Source of the DNA: Acidobacteriota bacterium
GTDB taxonomy: Bacteria; Acidobacteriota; UBA890; WLXD01
Reading direction: 5' to 3'
NCBI GenBank assembly: GCA_965248695.1
Contig: CBDFKD010000002.1
Span: 2,240,001-2,304,000 of the forward strand
DNA length: 64,000 bases
This document shows positions 12,188-22,006 of this stretch, piece after piece (position 1 is the stretch's first letter; every line of letters starts with the position of its first letter). The notes under the pieces were generated by a model that saw nothing but the letters and a program-made list of their open reading frames with translations, searched no databases and was not told where the DNA came from. A program made the position numbers and the translations under genes.

Positions 12188-14020
12188 CTACTCGACGGTG
12201 ACGCTCTTCGCGAGGTTCCGCGGCTGGTCAACGTCGCAGCCCCGCTGCACTGCTACATGGTAGGCGAGAAGCTGCAGCGGCACGACCGCCAGGATCGGCG
12301 AGAACTCCGGCAGGCAATCGGGAATCGCCAGGAACTCGTCGCTGAGCGTCGCCAGCTCATCATCTCCGTCGGTACCGAGGCCGACCAAGAACGCCTCGCG
12401 CGCCTTGGCTTCTTGCATGTTGCTAGCGGTCTTCTCGTAGAGGTCTAGTTGCGGCGCCAGTGAGACGACAGGTACGTCGCGATCGATCAGCGCGATGGGG
12501 CCGTGCTTCATCTCTCCTGCCGGATAACCGTGCGCGTGGATGTACGAGACCTCCTTGAGCTTGAGCGCGCCTTCGAGCGCAATCGGGTAAAGAAAGCCGC
12601 GACCGATGAAGAGAAACTGTTGGAAGTGCGCTACCCGGCGGGCAACCGCAGCGATCCGTTCCTCGCGCAGCAAGATGCTCTCGATCTGTCGCGGAACACA
12701 TGCCAGGGCGTGCAGACGAAGCTCTAGGGCCTCGCGCGAGAGCCTGCCGCGTAGCTCCGCCAGACGCAGGGCGATCAGGTACAGGCAGGTGAGCTGCGTG
12801 GTGAACGCCTTCGTCGACGCCACACCGATCTCGGGCCCGGCCTGAGTGAGCAGCACCCCGTCGGCGACGCGCGTGGCCATGGATCCGACAACGTTGCAGA
12901 TCGTCCACAGGCTGGCGCCGCGATCTCGGGCCTCGCGCATTGCCGCCAGGGTGTCGGCAGTTTCGCCCGACTGGGTGATTGCGCACGCCAGAGCTCCAGG
13001 CCTGACGATCGGACCGCGATAGCGGAACTCGCTGGCATGGTCGACGGTCACCGGGACGCCGGCGAGTGTTTCGATCCAGTATTTCCCGACCAGGGCGGCG
13101 TGCCACGACGTGCCGCAACCCAACAGGATCAACTCGGTCATCGAGCGTGCCAAGTCCTCGTCGAGGTTGAGCTCGTCAAGATGCACTTCCAAGCGCGTTC
13201 GATTGACTCGTCCGACGAGGCTGTCCCGCACCGCGGTCGGTTGCTCGTGGATCTCCTTGAGCATGAAGTGCTTGTAGCCGCCCTTCTCGGCAGTCACCGG
13301 ATCCCAGGCAATGCGTTGTGGCTCGGCCCCGACAGCGTTGCCGGACCGGTCGGTGACGGCTACCGCGTCGGGCGTCACGACGACCAGCTGTCCGTCGTCG
13401 AGAAAGATGATGTCGCGGGTGTACTGCAGCACCGGCGGAACATCCGACGCGATGAAATTCTCGCCGTCGCCGAGGCCGACCACGATCGGTGGTCCGAGGC
13501 GTGCGGCGACGATCTTCTGAGGCTCATCCAGAGACATCACGACAAGGGCGTAGATACCTTCGAGATCATCCAGTGCGCGCCGTACTGCGGCCTCCAGGTC
13601 ACCCTCGTAGTACGTCGAGACCAGGTGCACTACTACTTCAGTGTCGGTCTCGGTGACGAACTTGCATCCGTCGGTCTCGAGGCGCTGTCGCAGGTCGAGG
13701 AAATTCTCGATGATGCCGTTGTGCACGAGCACGATGCGGCCACTGCCGTCTCGATGCGGGTGCGCGTTTTCGAGCGTCGGCTTGCCGTGAGTTGCCCACC
13801 GCGTGTGCCCGATGCCGTAATCGCCCGCGATCGGAGAGGCCTCGAGCTCAGCCACCAGGTTCACGAGCTTGCCAGCCGCGCGCCGCACGCCGATGGTGCC
13901 GTCCGATCGCGCCACGGCGACGCCGGCCGAGTCGTAGCCGCGGTATTCGAGCCGCTGGAGGCCGTCGAGCAGGACCGGCACCGCTTCGCGAGCTCCGACG
14001 TAACCGACAATGCCGCACAT
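12188..14020 (-). CDS. glmS: Glutamine-fructose-6-phosphate transaminase
   Basis: MCGIVG, HTRWATHG, PRNLAKSVTVE. Confidence 0.99.
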   Translation of the reverse strand: MCGIVGYVGAREAVPVLLDGLQRLEYRGYDSAGVAVARSDGTIGVRRAAGKLVNLVAELEASPIAGDYGIGHTRWATHGKPTLENAHPHRDGSGRIVLVHNGIIENFLDLRQRLETDGCKFVTETDTEVVVHLVSTYYEGDLEAAVRRALDDLEGIYALVVMSLDEPQKIVAARLGPPIVVGLGDGENFIASDVPPVLQYTRDIIFLDDGQLVVVTPDAVAVTDRSGNAVGAEPQRIAWDPVTAEKGGYKHFMLKEIHEQPTAVRDSLVGRVNRTRLEVHLDELNLDEDLARSMTELILLGCGTSWHAALVGKYWIETLAGVPVTVDHASEFRYRGPIVRPGALACAITQSGETADTLAAMREARDRGASLWTICNVVGSMATRVADGVLLTQAGPEIGVASTKAFTTQLTCLYLIALRLAELRGRLSREALELRLHALACVPRQIESILLREERIAAVARRVAHFQQFLFIGRGFLYPIALEGALKLKEVSYIHAHGYPAGEMKHGPIALIDRDVPVVSLAPQLDLYEKTASNMQEAKAREAFLVGLGTDGDDELATLSDEFLAIPDCLPEFSPILAVVPLQLLAYHVAVQRGCDVDQPRNLAKSVTVE

Positions 14021-14106
14021 AGCTCAGCTCCTCCCCGACGCCGTCGGGCGCCGGTCCCCGGAAGGACCAATTACAGCAATGTCAGCCGCTCGAGCAACCA
14101 GGATCG

Positions 14107-15504
14107 TCAGTCCTTCTCGTCGTGCGCGGCGCTCTTGGACCGCTTCGCCCACCCCTCGTGCACTACCTGCTTGCCACGAGCGATCCCCAGAGAGTCGTCC
14201 GGCACGTCCTTGGTGATCGTCGAGCCGGCCCCCACGTATGCTCCGCGCCCGATCTGCAGCGGCGCGACGATCGCGGTGTTGCTACCGATGAACGCGCCAT
14301 CGCCGATCACCGTGCGGTGCTTGTCGACACCATCATAGTTGCACGTGATGGTCCCCGCCCCCACGTTCACGTCCGCGCCGATCTGCGCGTCACCCAGGTA
14401 GGTAAGGTGGCTGACCTTGCTCCCCGGACCGAGCGTCGTCTTCTTTACCTCGACGAAGTTGCCGACTTTGGCCCCGGCGCAAATGTGCGCGCCAGGCCGC
14501 AGCCGCGCGTACGGACCCACGCTCGCGCTGCGCTCGACCACGGCGTTCTCCAGGACGCTGCCATCGAACACCGCGACATCGTCCCCGATCTGGCTATCGC
14601 GCACCCGAACGTTCGGGTAGATCATGCACCGGCTACCGATCGTGCTGCCGGCCTCGAGCGACACACCGGGATAGAGCACCGTGTCGTTGCCGACGACCAC
14701 ATCTGCATCGACGGATACCGTCTCCGGGTTGCGCAAGGTTACGCCGGCCGCCATGAGCTCCGCGAGCTTACGCCGCCGCAGAATCGACTCCGCCACCGCG
14801 AGCTCGGCTCGGGTGTTGACGCCGTGAACTTCGTCAGGGTCGTCGTGATGAAACAGCGCTACGCTCCCACCCTGCTCCGACACCACCGCAAGCGTGTCGG
14901 TTAGATAGAGCTCTCCCGGGGTGTTGTCAGGGCGCAGTGCCGCGAGCGCGTCGCGGAGCACTGCCGCGGCGAACAGGTAAACGCCGGCATTCACCTCGCG
15001 CAGCTGACGTTCCTGTTCGCTGGCGTCGGCCTCTTCGACGATCCGCTCCATCGCTCCCTCCGGCGTGCGGATGATACGGCCGTAACCGGTGGGATCGTCG
15101 AGCGAAACAGTCAGGAACGTGCCGTCGGCGTCGCCGTGACCGTCGACCATGGCTTGCAGGGTCTGCGCCCGGATCGTCGGACAATCGCCGTTGACGACGA
15201 GCACCAGACCGTCATGATCGCCGCCCGGGAACGTTGCAGCGAGACCGTGCGCTGCCGCGTCGCCGGTACCGCGCGCCGGCTCCTGGACCGCGTAGCGCAG
15301 GGTATCGTCGTCAAGGGCGGCACGGAGCCGATCGTGCTGCGGCGGCACGACCAGCACGATGCTGGCAGCACCCAGTTCGCGTGCGGCGCCCACCACGTGC
15401 TCGATGATCGGCCGGCCGGCTACCGGGTGCAGCAGCTTCGGTGTGTCGCTGTGCATGCGCGTACCCTCGCCGGCGGCGAGGATGACGACACGAACCGGAG
15501 GCAT
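14107..15504 (-). CDS. glmU: Bifunctional UDP-GlcNAc pyrophosphorylase/acetyltransferase
   Basis: LAAGEGTRM, GYGRI, hexapeptide repeats, CNYDG. Confidence 0.98.
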   Translation of the reverse strand: MPPVRVVILAAGEGTRMHSDTPKLLHPVAGRPIIEHVVGAARELGAASIVLVVPPQHDRLRAALDDDTLRYAVQEPARGTGDAAAHGLAATFPGGDHDGLVLVVNGDCPTIRAQTLQAMVDGHGDADGTFLTVSLDDPTGYGRIIRTPEGAMERIVEEADASEQERQLREVNAGVYLFAAAVLRDALAALRPDNTPGELYLTDTLAVVSEQGGSVALFHHDDPDEVHGVNTRAELAVAESILRRRKLAELMAAGVTLRNPETVSVDADVVVGNDTVLYPGVSLEAGSTIGSRCMIYPNVRVRDSQIGDDVAVFDGSVLENAVVERSASVGPYARLRPGAHICAGAKVGNFVEVKKTTLGPGSKVSHLTYLGDAQIGADVNVGAGTITCNYDGVDKHRTVIGDGAFIGSNTAIVAPLQIGRGAYVGAGSTITKDVPDDSLGIARGKQVVHEGWAKRSKSAAHDEKD

Positions 15505-15507
15505 CGC

Positions 15508-16368
15508 CTATTGCGCCCCGTCTCCGCTGACGACGCCGCCAAAGTCCTCGTGAACGCGCAGCGGAACGAAGTCGGGATCGTTCACGGCGTAGATGCGGTT
15601 GGCGTCATTGATATCGACCGCCGACCGTAGTGCGTCGATCGCGGCGTCAACGTCGCCCTTCTGGGCGAGCGCCGCTGCCTGGCAATAGAGGATCCGATCG
15701 TCCCCAGGAGCCTGGTCGAGCGCGACAGCGAAAGCCTCGAGTGCGCTGCGAGGATCGCCGGAGTTCAACGCCACGACGCCGAGCAGGTAGTGGTCGTCAG
15801 CGTTCTGCGGGCTGAAGTCGCTGCTGCGCGCACGGCGCTCCAGACTGCTGCTGTATTGCCGCGCGCGGGCCAGGAGTAGGGCGTCCGGCGGACTCGCCGC
15901 GATCACCGCTTGAAACGACTCCAGTGCCTTGCCGAGCGCACCGTCGTGATATCGCTTGACGCCCTGCTCGAACGCCTTCAGCGCCTTGGCTACCCCACGG
16001 TCTTGACGCATCTCGTTGCGGCGCTGCTTCTCCTCCTCGGCGGCAGCGAGCTCCGCTTCTAGACGGATGCCGCGTTCGTCCTGGGTCTCGGTTGGCTCGA
16101 CCGGCTTGCGGGGCAGAAGGCTGGCGCTCTTGATCGGTGTCGGACCGGTTTCTACCGGGGCGGAGCTTTCCTCGATCGGTTGCGGCGGGAGCACCGCAGG
16201 CATGGGGTCGGGCTCCTTGTAGTCTTGCTTCTTCAGCCCCATGCGCCGGATCTTCGACTCCATCGCCTTCTGACTGACGCCGAAGTGCTCGGCGAGCTCG
16301 GCGTAGGTCTTGTGCCGAAAATGCTCGCGGATAAAGTCTTCGTTTTCTTCAGTCCACGTTTTTGCCAT
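15508..16368 (-). CDS. N-terminal HTH + C-terminal TPR protein
   Basis: WTEENEDFIREHFRHKTYAELAEHFGVS; TPR ending AVNDPDFVPLR. Confidence 0.8.
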   Translation of the reverse strand: MAKTWTEENEDFIREHFRHKTYAELAEHFGVSQKAMESKIRRMGLKKQDYKEPDPMPAVLPPQPIEESSAPVETGPTPIKSASLLPRKPVEPTETQDERGIRLEAELAAAEEEKQRRNEMRQDRGVAKALKAFEQGVKRYHDGALGKALESFQAVIAASPPDALLLARARQYSSSLERRARSSDFSPQNADDHYLLGVVALNSGDPRSALEAFAVALDQAPGDDRILYCQAAALAQKGDVDAAIDALRSAVDINDANRIYAVNDPDFVPLRVHEDFGGVVSGDGAQ

Positions 16369-16564
16369 AGGTAGGTCGTCGGCCTTTCGCGAGAGAGTGG
16401 AACCGTCCGTACGGGACGCCGAGCGCGATTATATAGGGCGGGGCCTTTGGCGTAGGCTGCATGTTGACATCGCCCAGGGGCGTCGATAATGTCCGATAGC
16501 CTTTTGCAGCAGGGGGTTTCGTCCCTTGCGGGTGGGCAAATCAGCGCCATGGGGGTGGCACGGC

Positions 16565-17197
16565 ATGCTCGACCGGCTGACCTGGCTTGGGCATTCAGGC
16601 TTCGTGGTCCAAGGTGCTCCCTGCGTCTACATCGACCCGTTCCGGATCGTCGGCGGCCCGCCTGCCGATCTCGTGCTGCTGACGCACCCACACTACGATC
16701 ATTGCTCGCCCGCGGATCTAGCCAAGATCGTCGTCGATGCCACCGAGATCGTCTGTACGCGCGACTGCTTGACGGCGCTCAGTGACCTCCCGGGCAAGCG
16801 CCGAATCGTGCAGCCGGGCGACCGCGTGACGCTGCGCGGAGTGGGGATCGAAACGATCCCCGCATATACCCGAAAGAGCCGCATGCACGAGCGCGACAAT
16901 GCCTGGGTCGGCTACATCGTCGAGATCGAAGGCGTACGCGTGTATCACGCGGGGGACACGGACTACATCCCCGAGATGCGCGACCTACGGGTAGACGTTG
17001 CCTGCCTGCCGATCTCCGGCGGCGAGACCATGAATCTCGTAGAAGCGGCCGCAGCGGCCAACAGCATCGCGCCGCAGGTAGTCGTTCCGATGCATTATGG
17101 CACCCTGGGCGCCGACATCGATCCTGACCTGTTCAGCAACCTGACGCGCGTTACGGTGCGCGCAATGCGACGCGATCCCGCCTTTAGCGGCGAGTAG
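16565..17197 (+). CDS. MBL-fold metallo-hydrolase
   Basis: WLGHSGF, THPHYDH, HAGDT, PMHYG. Confidence 0.92.
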   Translation: MLDRLTWLGHSGFVVQGAPCVYIDPFRIVGGPPADLVLLTHPHYDHCSPADLAKIVVDATEIVCTRDCLTALSDLPGKRRIVQPGDRVTLRGVGIETIPAYTRKSRMHERDNAWVGYIVEIEGVRVYHAGDTDYIPEMRDLRVDVACLPISGGETMNLVEAAAAANSIAPQVVVPMHYGTLGADIDPDLFSNLTRVTVRAMRRDPAFSGE

Positions 17198-17207
17198 ACT
17201 GCGAGGC

Positions 17208-18971
17208 ATGGGTTCGCGGATCACGACCGCGGCGTTGCTGACGTGCGGTGCCGCGCTGGCGATCTGGTTCGTCTGGTTGGCCACGACAGGCCTGCTGGGG
17301 TACCGACCGCCGCTTATCGAAACATCGACGGCGAGTGCCGTCGGTCACCCCTGGCGCGGCGCCGTTCACGTGCACACGGTGCTTTCTGCCGACGCAACCG
17401 GAACGATCGAAGAGATCGCGGCGGCGGCGGCCCGCGTCGGTCTGGACTTCGTGATCGTGTCCGAGCACACTGCTGCGCGCGGGACGGCCGGGCGTGTCCG
17501 ACCGGGATGGTACGGGTCGGTCCTGGTGCTGGTTGGAGAGGAGATCTCCACCCTCGACGGTCACCTGCTCGCACTCGCGGTGCCGCCGCATCCGTATGCA
17601 TTGGGACCGCAGGCCCGGCAGGCGTTCGACGACATTCGATCCCTCGGCGGCGCTGCCTGGATCGCTCACCTCGGCGGCGACGCGGCGTGGACCACCGGCC
17701 TTGGCGGTGCCGAAGGTATCGAGGTCGTGAGCCTGTCAGAAGCGCTCGACCGTCTGCCGGTGCCCGCACGACTCTTGTTGGCGATGACCTACCCAGCGAG
17801 CCCTCCCGGGGCAATGCTGCGGGCGCTCGTCGAGCGCCCGCCGGCGCTCGACTTGTGGAGCGCACGGACGTCACTGTCGGGATCCGCGCTGCCTCGACCG
17901 CTGGTCGCGATCGGCGCCGTCGACGCGCACGGACCGTTCCGCGGGCTCGGCGCACCGAGCTACGACGTTGTGTTGGGCTCGCTGACGACCGTCGTGTGGA
18001 TGGATGAGCCGCCAAGTCCAGGTGAGTCTGACCGCGCCGTGGCGGCCCGCCTGCTTCGTCGGTTGCGTGGCGGCAGGGTCGCCGTCGAGCTATCGGCGGC
18101 GGGACAGGCCCCCGGGCTATCATTCGTCGCCACGACGCCCGCGGGGCAGGTGGCGTTTCCCGGCGAGATAGGGGCCTGGGAGGCCGGCAATTGGAGCCTC
18201 GAAGCGCGGCTCGGAGCACCCGGCGACTATCGCATCGAATTGTTGCGCGACGGCGCACCTGCCGCCAGTGCAGAGGGCGAACCGATCACCGTCGAGGCAT
18301 CTGGTCCCGGGTCCTATCGCGTCGAGGTATTCCGCACCAGCGGTCCGGCTGGCGGTGGGGCGTCGGGAGCTACTCCGTGGATCCTGACCAACCCGATCTA
18401 CCTTTGGCCGCGGAGTGCCGTAACCGCCGCGACGCTGCGCCCGGCACCGCCGCTTCCGGCGCCACCGACAACCCGCCCGCTGCTGCCGGAACCCGGTTGG
18501 GCGGCGGAGAGCGACGTACTCTCCGCCAGCGCCCTGGCGCCAATGGCTGATGGCCTGCTGTGGACCGCCCGGGTGCCCAAAGAGGAGGCTGCCGATGCCT
18601 TCTCGGCGGTGGCCTGGCGTCCGGAGGCCGCGGTCGACTGGCATCACACCTCGGGGCTCGTGGCAGGCTTGTCGTCGCCACGCGAGTGGCGCGTTGGCCT
18701 GCGTCTCTGGACCACCATCGACGGGGTCGAGCAAACCTGGGAGCAGGTGGTGGCGAGTACCCCCGGCGGCCAGCAGAGGCTGTCGCCTTGGCAACGGTTT
18801 CGCCGCATCGGTAGCGACGGGCAGGTCATGCGCGGCGAACGGCTCGACCAAGAGCTGGCACAGGTCACGGGCGTTGCCTTCGTGGTCACGCCGCAGCGCA
18901 TACGACCGGGTAGCGAGGCGCGAATCGAGATCCGCGGCGTCGGGCTGTTCGACGGAGCAGCGCCACGGTAG
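17208..18971 (+). CDS. Membrane-anchored PHP-domain protein
   Basis: N-terminal TM, HVHT..SAD, SEH, DAH motifs. Confidence 0.8.
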   Translation: MGSRITTAALLTCGAALAIWFVWLATTGLLGYRPPLIETSTASAVGHPWRGAVHVHTVLSADATGTIEEIAAAAARVGLDFVIVSEHTAARGTAGRVRPGWYGSVLVLVGEEISTLDGHLLALAVPPHPYALGPQARQAFDDIRSLGGAAWIAHLGGDAAWTTGLGGAEGIEVVSLSEALDRLPVPARLLLAMTYPASPPGAMLRALVERPPALDLWSARTSLSGSALPRPLVAIGAVDAHGPFRGLGAPSYDVVLGSLTTVVWMDEPPSPGESDRAVAARLLRRLRGGRVAVELSAAGQAPGLSFVATTPAGQVAFPGEIGAWEAGNWSLEARLGAPGDYRIELLRDGAPAASAEGEPITVEASGPGSYRVEVFRTSGPAGGGASGATPWILTNPIYLWPRSAVTAATLRPAPPLPAPPTTRPLLPEPGWAAESDVLSASALAPMADGLLWTARVPKEEAADAFSAVAWRPEAAVDWHHTSGLVAGLSSPREWRVGLRLWTTIDGVEQTWEQVVASTPGGQQRLSPWQRFRRIGSDGQVMRGERLDQELAQVTGVAFVVTPQRIRPGSEARIEIRGVGLFDGAAPR

Positions 18972-18983
18972 GAGCCGCACCTC

Positions 18984-20072
18984 TCACCGCTGTACCGGAA
19001 TCGTCTCCCAGACGCGCGCGAACGAAGCGATCGCCAGCAGCGGCTCGATCGACGCGCGGATACGGCCACCGAACATATCGCTCATGACGGCGGTCTTTAG
19101 CCAGGGGTCGCGCAGCAGGGCTTCGCGCCCGGCGGCTGCGGCGAGCTCGGGTTGGCCCCGCGCGATGCGGACCGATGCCAGCAACAACCAGGCGTAGCCG
19201 TTATTCGCATAGAGGGTCGTAGCTGTGCCAGCGTGCTCGAGCGCGGCGTCAAGATTGCCGGCGGCAAGCTGTTCGGCAGCGAGCTCGCTGGCCAGCTGGC
19301 CGTGCCGCATGTCGAGCAGTCGGCGCAGCTCGGCGATCGGCGCCGGGTGGTCCTCCACCCGCAGATCGATGTAGCGGTCGTTCAGCTGCCCATACCCGCC
19401 GCCATCTCGGACCACCAACAGGGCCGCCGACTGTCGCCCGCGTGCATCGCCGCCGGCCGCCTGCCCGGCAGCGAGGGCGGACGCTAGCCGCGTAGCCAAG
19501 TCGCCGGTGGTGGACTCGAAGGTGGCTGCCATCGCGTCGACCACCTCCGGGCCGGCGAGAATGTTGCCTTGCGCCGCGTAGTGCCGACCGACGTGTCCGC
19601 CGGCCCATGACAGGCAAGCGTCGCCGGTAAAGGAGGCGGCGTTGCCGGCGTCATCCACGATCCCCAGCTGTCGCCGGTTGGCGATCTCGTCGGCGCCGGT
19701 GAGCGCCGCCACGACCGCCTCGGCGGATTCACCCGCGGCGAGCATCTCCAGACCGCGGGGTCCATAGGTGGTGTTGGCGCGCGCCTGCGTGGCTACCGCC
19801 CCGACGCCGGCGCGCGCCCAGGGAACGACCGCGCCGACACCGAAGAACTTCGATTGTACGGCGACGCCGAGATCTCCGGTGTCGGGATCGAAACCGACGA
19901 TCGAGAACGTAGCCACGGGTGCCGGAAACGCGGCTTGGCGCCCTTGATGTGCTGCCTGCGCCACGCTGTAGCCGCCGGCGCTCGCAAACGCCAGGCCGAT
20001 GGCAAGCAGCCTCGGTGCCCACGATTCTCGCTGCTGGCGACAGGGACTCGGCCGGTCGTTGCTCTCGAACAT
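18984..20072 (-). CDS. DUF1028 (Ntn-hydrolase-like) secreted protein with C-terminal TPR
   Basis: ATFSIVG, GVAVQS, GAVATQA, GGDARGRQSAAL, DLRVEDH. Confidence 0.9.
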   Translation of the reverse strand: MFESNDRPSPCRQQRESWAPRLLAIGLAFASAGGYSVAQAAHQGRQAAFPAPVATFSIVGFDPDTGDLGVAVQSKFFGVGAVVPWARAGVGAVATQARANTTYGPRGLEMLAAGESAEAVVAALTGADEIANRRQLGIVDDAGNAASFTGDACLSWAGGHVGRHYAAQGNILAGPEVVDAMAATFESTTGDLATRLASALAAGQAAGGDARGRQSAALLVVRDGGGYGQLNDRYIDLRVEDHPAPIAELRRLLDMRHGQLASELAAEQLAAGNLDAALEHAGTATTLYANNGYAWLLLASVRIARGQPELAAAAGREALLRDPWLKTAVMSDMFGGRIRASIEPLLAIASFARVWETIPVQR

Positions 20073-20149
20073 CTCGCTCCCTCACGGTATGAAACAATGC
20101 CGTGCTGGTGAGTATAGAGCGCGCGACAGACACGGCCTGCTGGCAGGGA

Positions 20150-20761
20150 ATGCTCGTGGCCCTCGAGGGAATCGACGGCTGCGGCAAGTCGACGCAGGCG
20201 CGACTTCTGGCAACGGCGCTGGTCGAGCGCGGCCTCGAGGCAGCGACGTTCCGGGAGCCCGGCGACACCGAATACGGGCGTCAGCTGCGCCGCATCTTCG
20301 TAGAGGGTCGCGACATATCGCCACACGAGGAAATGCGCCTCTTTCTCGAGGATCGCCGCATCGACGTGCGCACCAACATCCAACCAGCCCTCGCGGCCGG
20401 CAAAGTGGTGATCATGGATCGCTACTATCTTTCGTCGGTGGTCTACCAGGGCGCCCTGGGCGTCGATCCGCGCGAGATCCTCGCGGCCAACCTGGCGATC
20501 GCCCCGCCGCCAGATATCACGCTGCTACTGGACATTCCCGTCGATGTCGCGCGCCAGCGAATACGTGAAGCGCGCGGCACCACCAACACCTTCGAGGGTC
20601 GCGATTATCTGGACCGGGTTCGGACGCTGTACCTGAGCTATTGCGACGGCACCGACGTCGTTCGTGTCGACGCCGCGGTGGCGCCCGCAACCGTGCACGA
20701 GGAGTTACTCGGGCTCGTTCTGGAGGAGGCGCGGAACCTCGGCGCGGCAGTGGATCCCTGA
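20150..20761 (+). CDS. tmk: Thymidylate kinase
   Basis: EGIDGCGKST, FREPG, MDRYYLSS..YQG. Confidence 0.95.
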   Translation: MLVALEGIDGCGKSTQARLLATALVERGLEAATFREPGDTEYGRQLRRIFVEGRDISPHEEMRLFLEDRRIDVRTNIQPALAAGKVVIMDRYYLSSVVYQGALGVDPREILAANLAIAPPPDITLLLDIPVDVARQRIREARGTTNTFEGRDYLDRVRTLYLSYCDGTDVVRVDAAVAPATVHEELLGLVLEEARNLGAAVDP

Positions 20762-20867
20762 GCGTGATCGTCACGCACCTTGTGGGGGCCAGAGCTCCCT
20801 GGGCGTGCGCGTGACGCCGAGCGTCGGTCGAGTTGCGACCGGCGATCGCCTCGTTTTTCCGCGACTG

Positions 20868-21914
20868 TCAGACGTTGAACCGGAAGTTCACTACGTCACC
20901 GTCTTGGACCACGTAGTCTCGGCCCTCGACGCGTAGCTTTCCCGCCTCCCGGCACTTTGCCTCGCTCCCCAGTGCCAGGAGCTCGTCCCAGAGGACCACT
21001 TCCGCGCGGATGAAGCCGCGCTCGATGTCGGAGTGAACCTTGCCGGCGGCCCGCGGCGCCAGGCTGCCGGAGCGCACCGGCCAGGCACGACACTCGTCGG
21101 GCCCCACGGTCAGCATCGTGATCAGGTCGAGGAGCTCGAAAGCGGCGCGCAAGAACCGGGCGCGTGCCGAGTCGCCGAGGCGGAGTGCCTCGTAGAACTC
21201 GTGCCGCTCGTCGGCCGGCATCTGCGCGATGTCCATCTCGACACTGGCCGATAGCGGCACGATGCCCGTGCCGATCGCGTCCGCGGCGCCGGAGAGCGCC
21301 GCCGGGACCGGCTCTGCCACCGCCTCTTCTTCTACGTTCAGGACCAGGAGAAGCGGTTTTTGCGTCAGAAACTGATAGCTGGAAACGAGCTTCCGCTCAT
21401 TGGCATCGAGGCCCAGCGTGCGCAGTGGCTGCTCGGCCTCGAGATGACTCTCGATGCGTTCCAACAGCTTGAGCTCTTGCGGATCGGACCCGTCCTTGCG
21501 GAGCCGGGTGATGCGGCGCTCGATGATCTCCAGGTCCGCCAGCACGGTTTCCGCCTGCAGGTCGAGCAGCTCACGATGCGCATCCGGTTCGATTCCCAGC
21601 GCGGCGTTGTCGAAGGCGCGCATCACCTGTGCCACCGCGTCCATCTCGCGCATGCTGTTGAGCAAGCTGCGGTCAAGCTCACGCACCCCCGTGCCGCCGG
21701 CGATGTCGCAAAACGTGATCTCCGCGTGCGTTGTTTTCTTCGGCTCGTAGAGGGCCGCCAGCTGGTCGAGGCGGTCGTCCGGCACGCGCACCACGCCGAG
21801 GTTCTTGGTACCGGGCTTCGAGGCGCCCGGCCCGGTCTGCGCCGCGAGGCCGGTGAGCGCGTTGAAGACGGTCGTCTTGCCGCTACCGGGGAATCCTACG
21901 AGTCCTATCTTCAT
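20868..21914 (-). CDS. ychF: Redox-regulated ATPase YchF (divergent P-loop)
   Basis: [45 protein letters not shown]. Confidence 0.93.
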   Translation of the reverse strand: MKIGLVGFPGSGKTTVFNALTGLAAQTGPGASKPGTKNLGVVRVPDDRLDQLAALYEPKKTTHAEITFCDIAGGTGVRELDRSLLNSMREMDAVAQVMRAFDNAALGIEPDAHRELLDLQAETVLADLEIIERRITRLRKDGSDPQELKLLERIESHLEAEQPLRTLGLDANERKLVSSYQFLTQKPLLLVLNVEEEAVAEPVPAALSGAADAIGTGIVPLSASVEMDIAQMPADERHEFYEALRLGDSARARFLRAAFELLDLITMLTVGPDECRAWPVRSGSLAPRAAGKVHSDIERGFIRAEVVLWDELLALGSEAKCREAGKLRVEGRDYVVQDGDVVNFRFNV

Positions 21915-22006
21915 GAGGCCCGCACGCTACACCACGATCCGGAGACGCGCTCGCGGCGGGCGCCTGCACCCGTCGCGCACTGTTTCGCCACCGGCGCGGC
22001 GACCGC

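Noticed and set aside
14021-14106. glmS ribozyme
   Set aside because: The spacer is only 86 bp and I see no recognisable ribozyme core.
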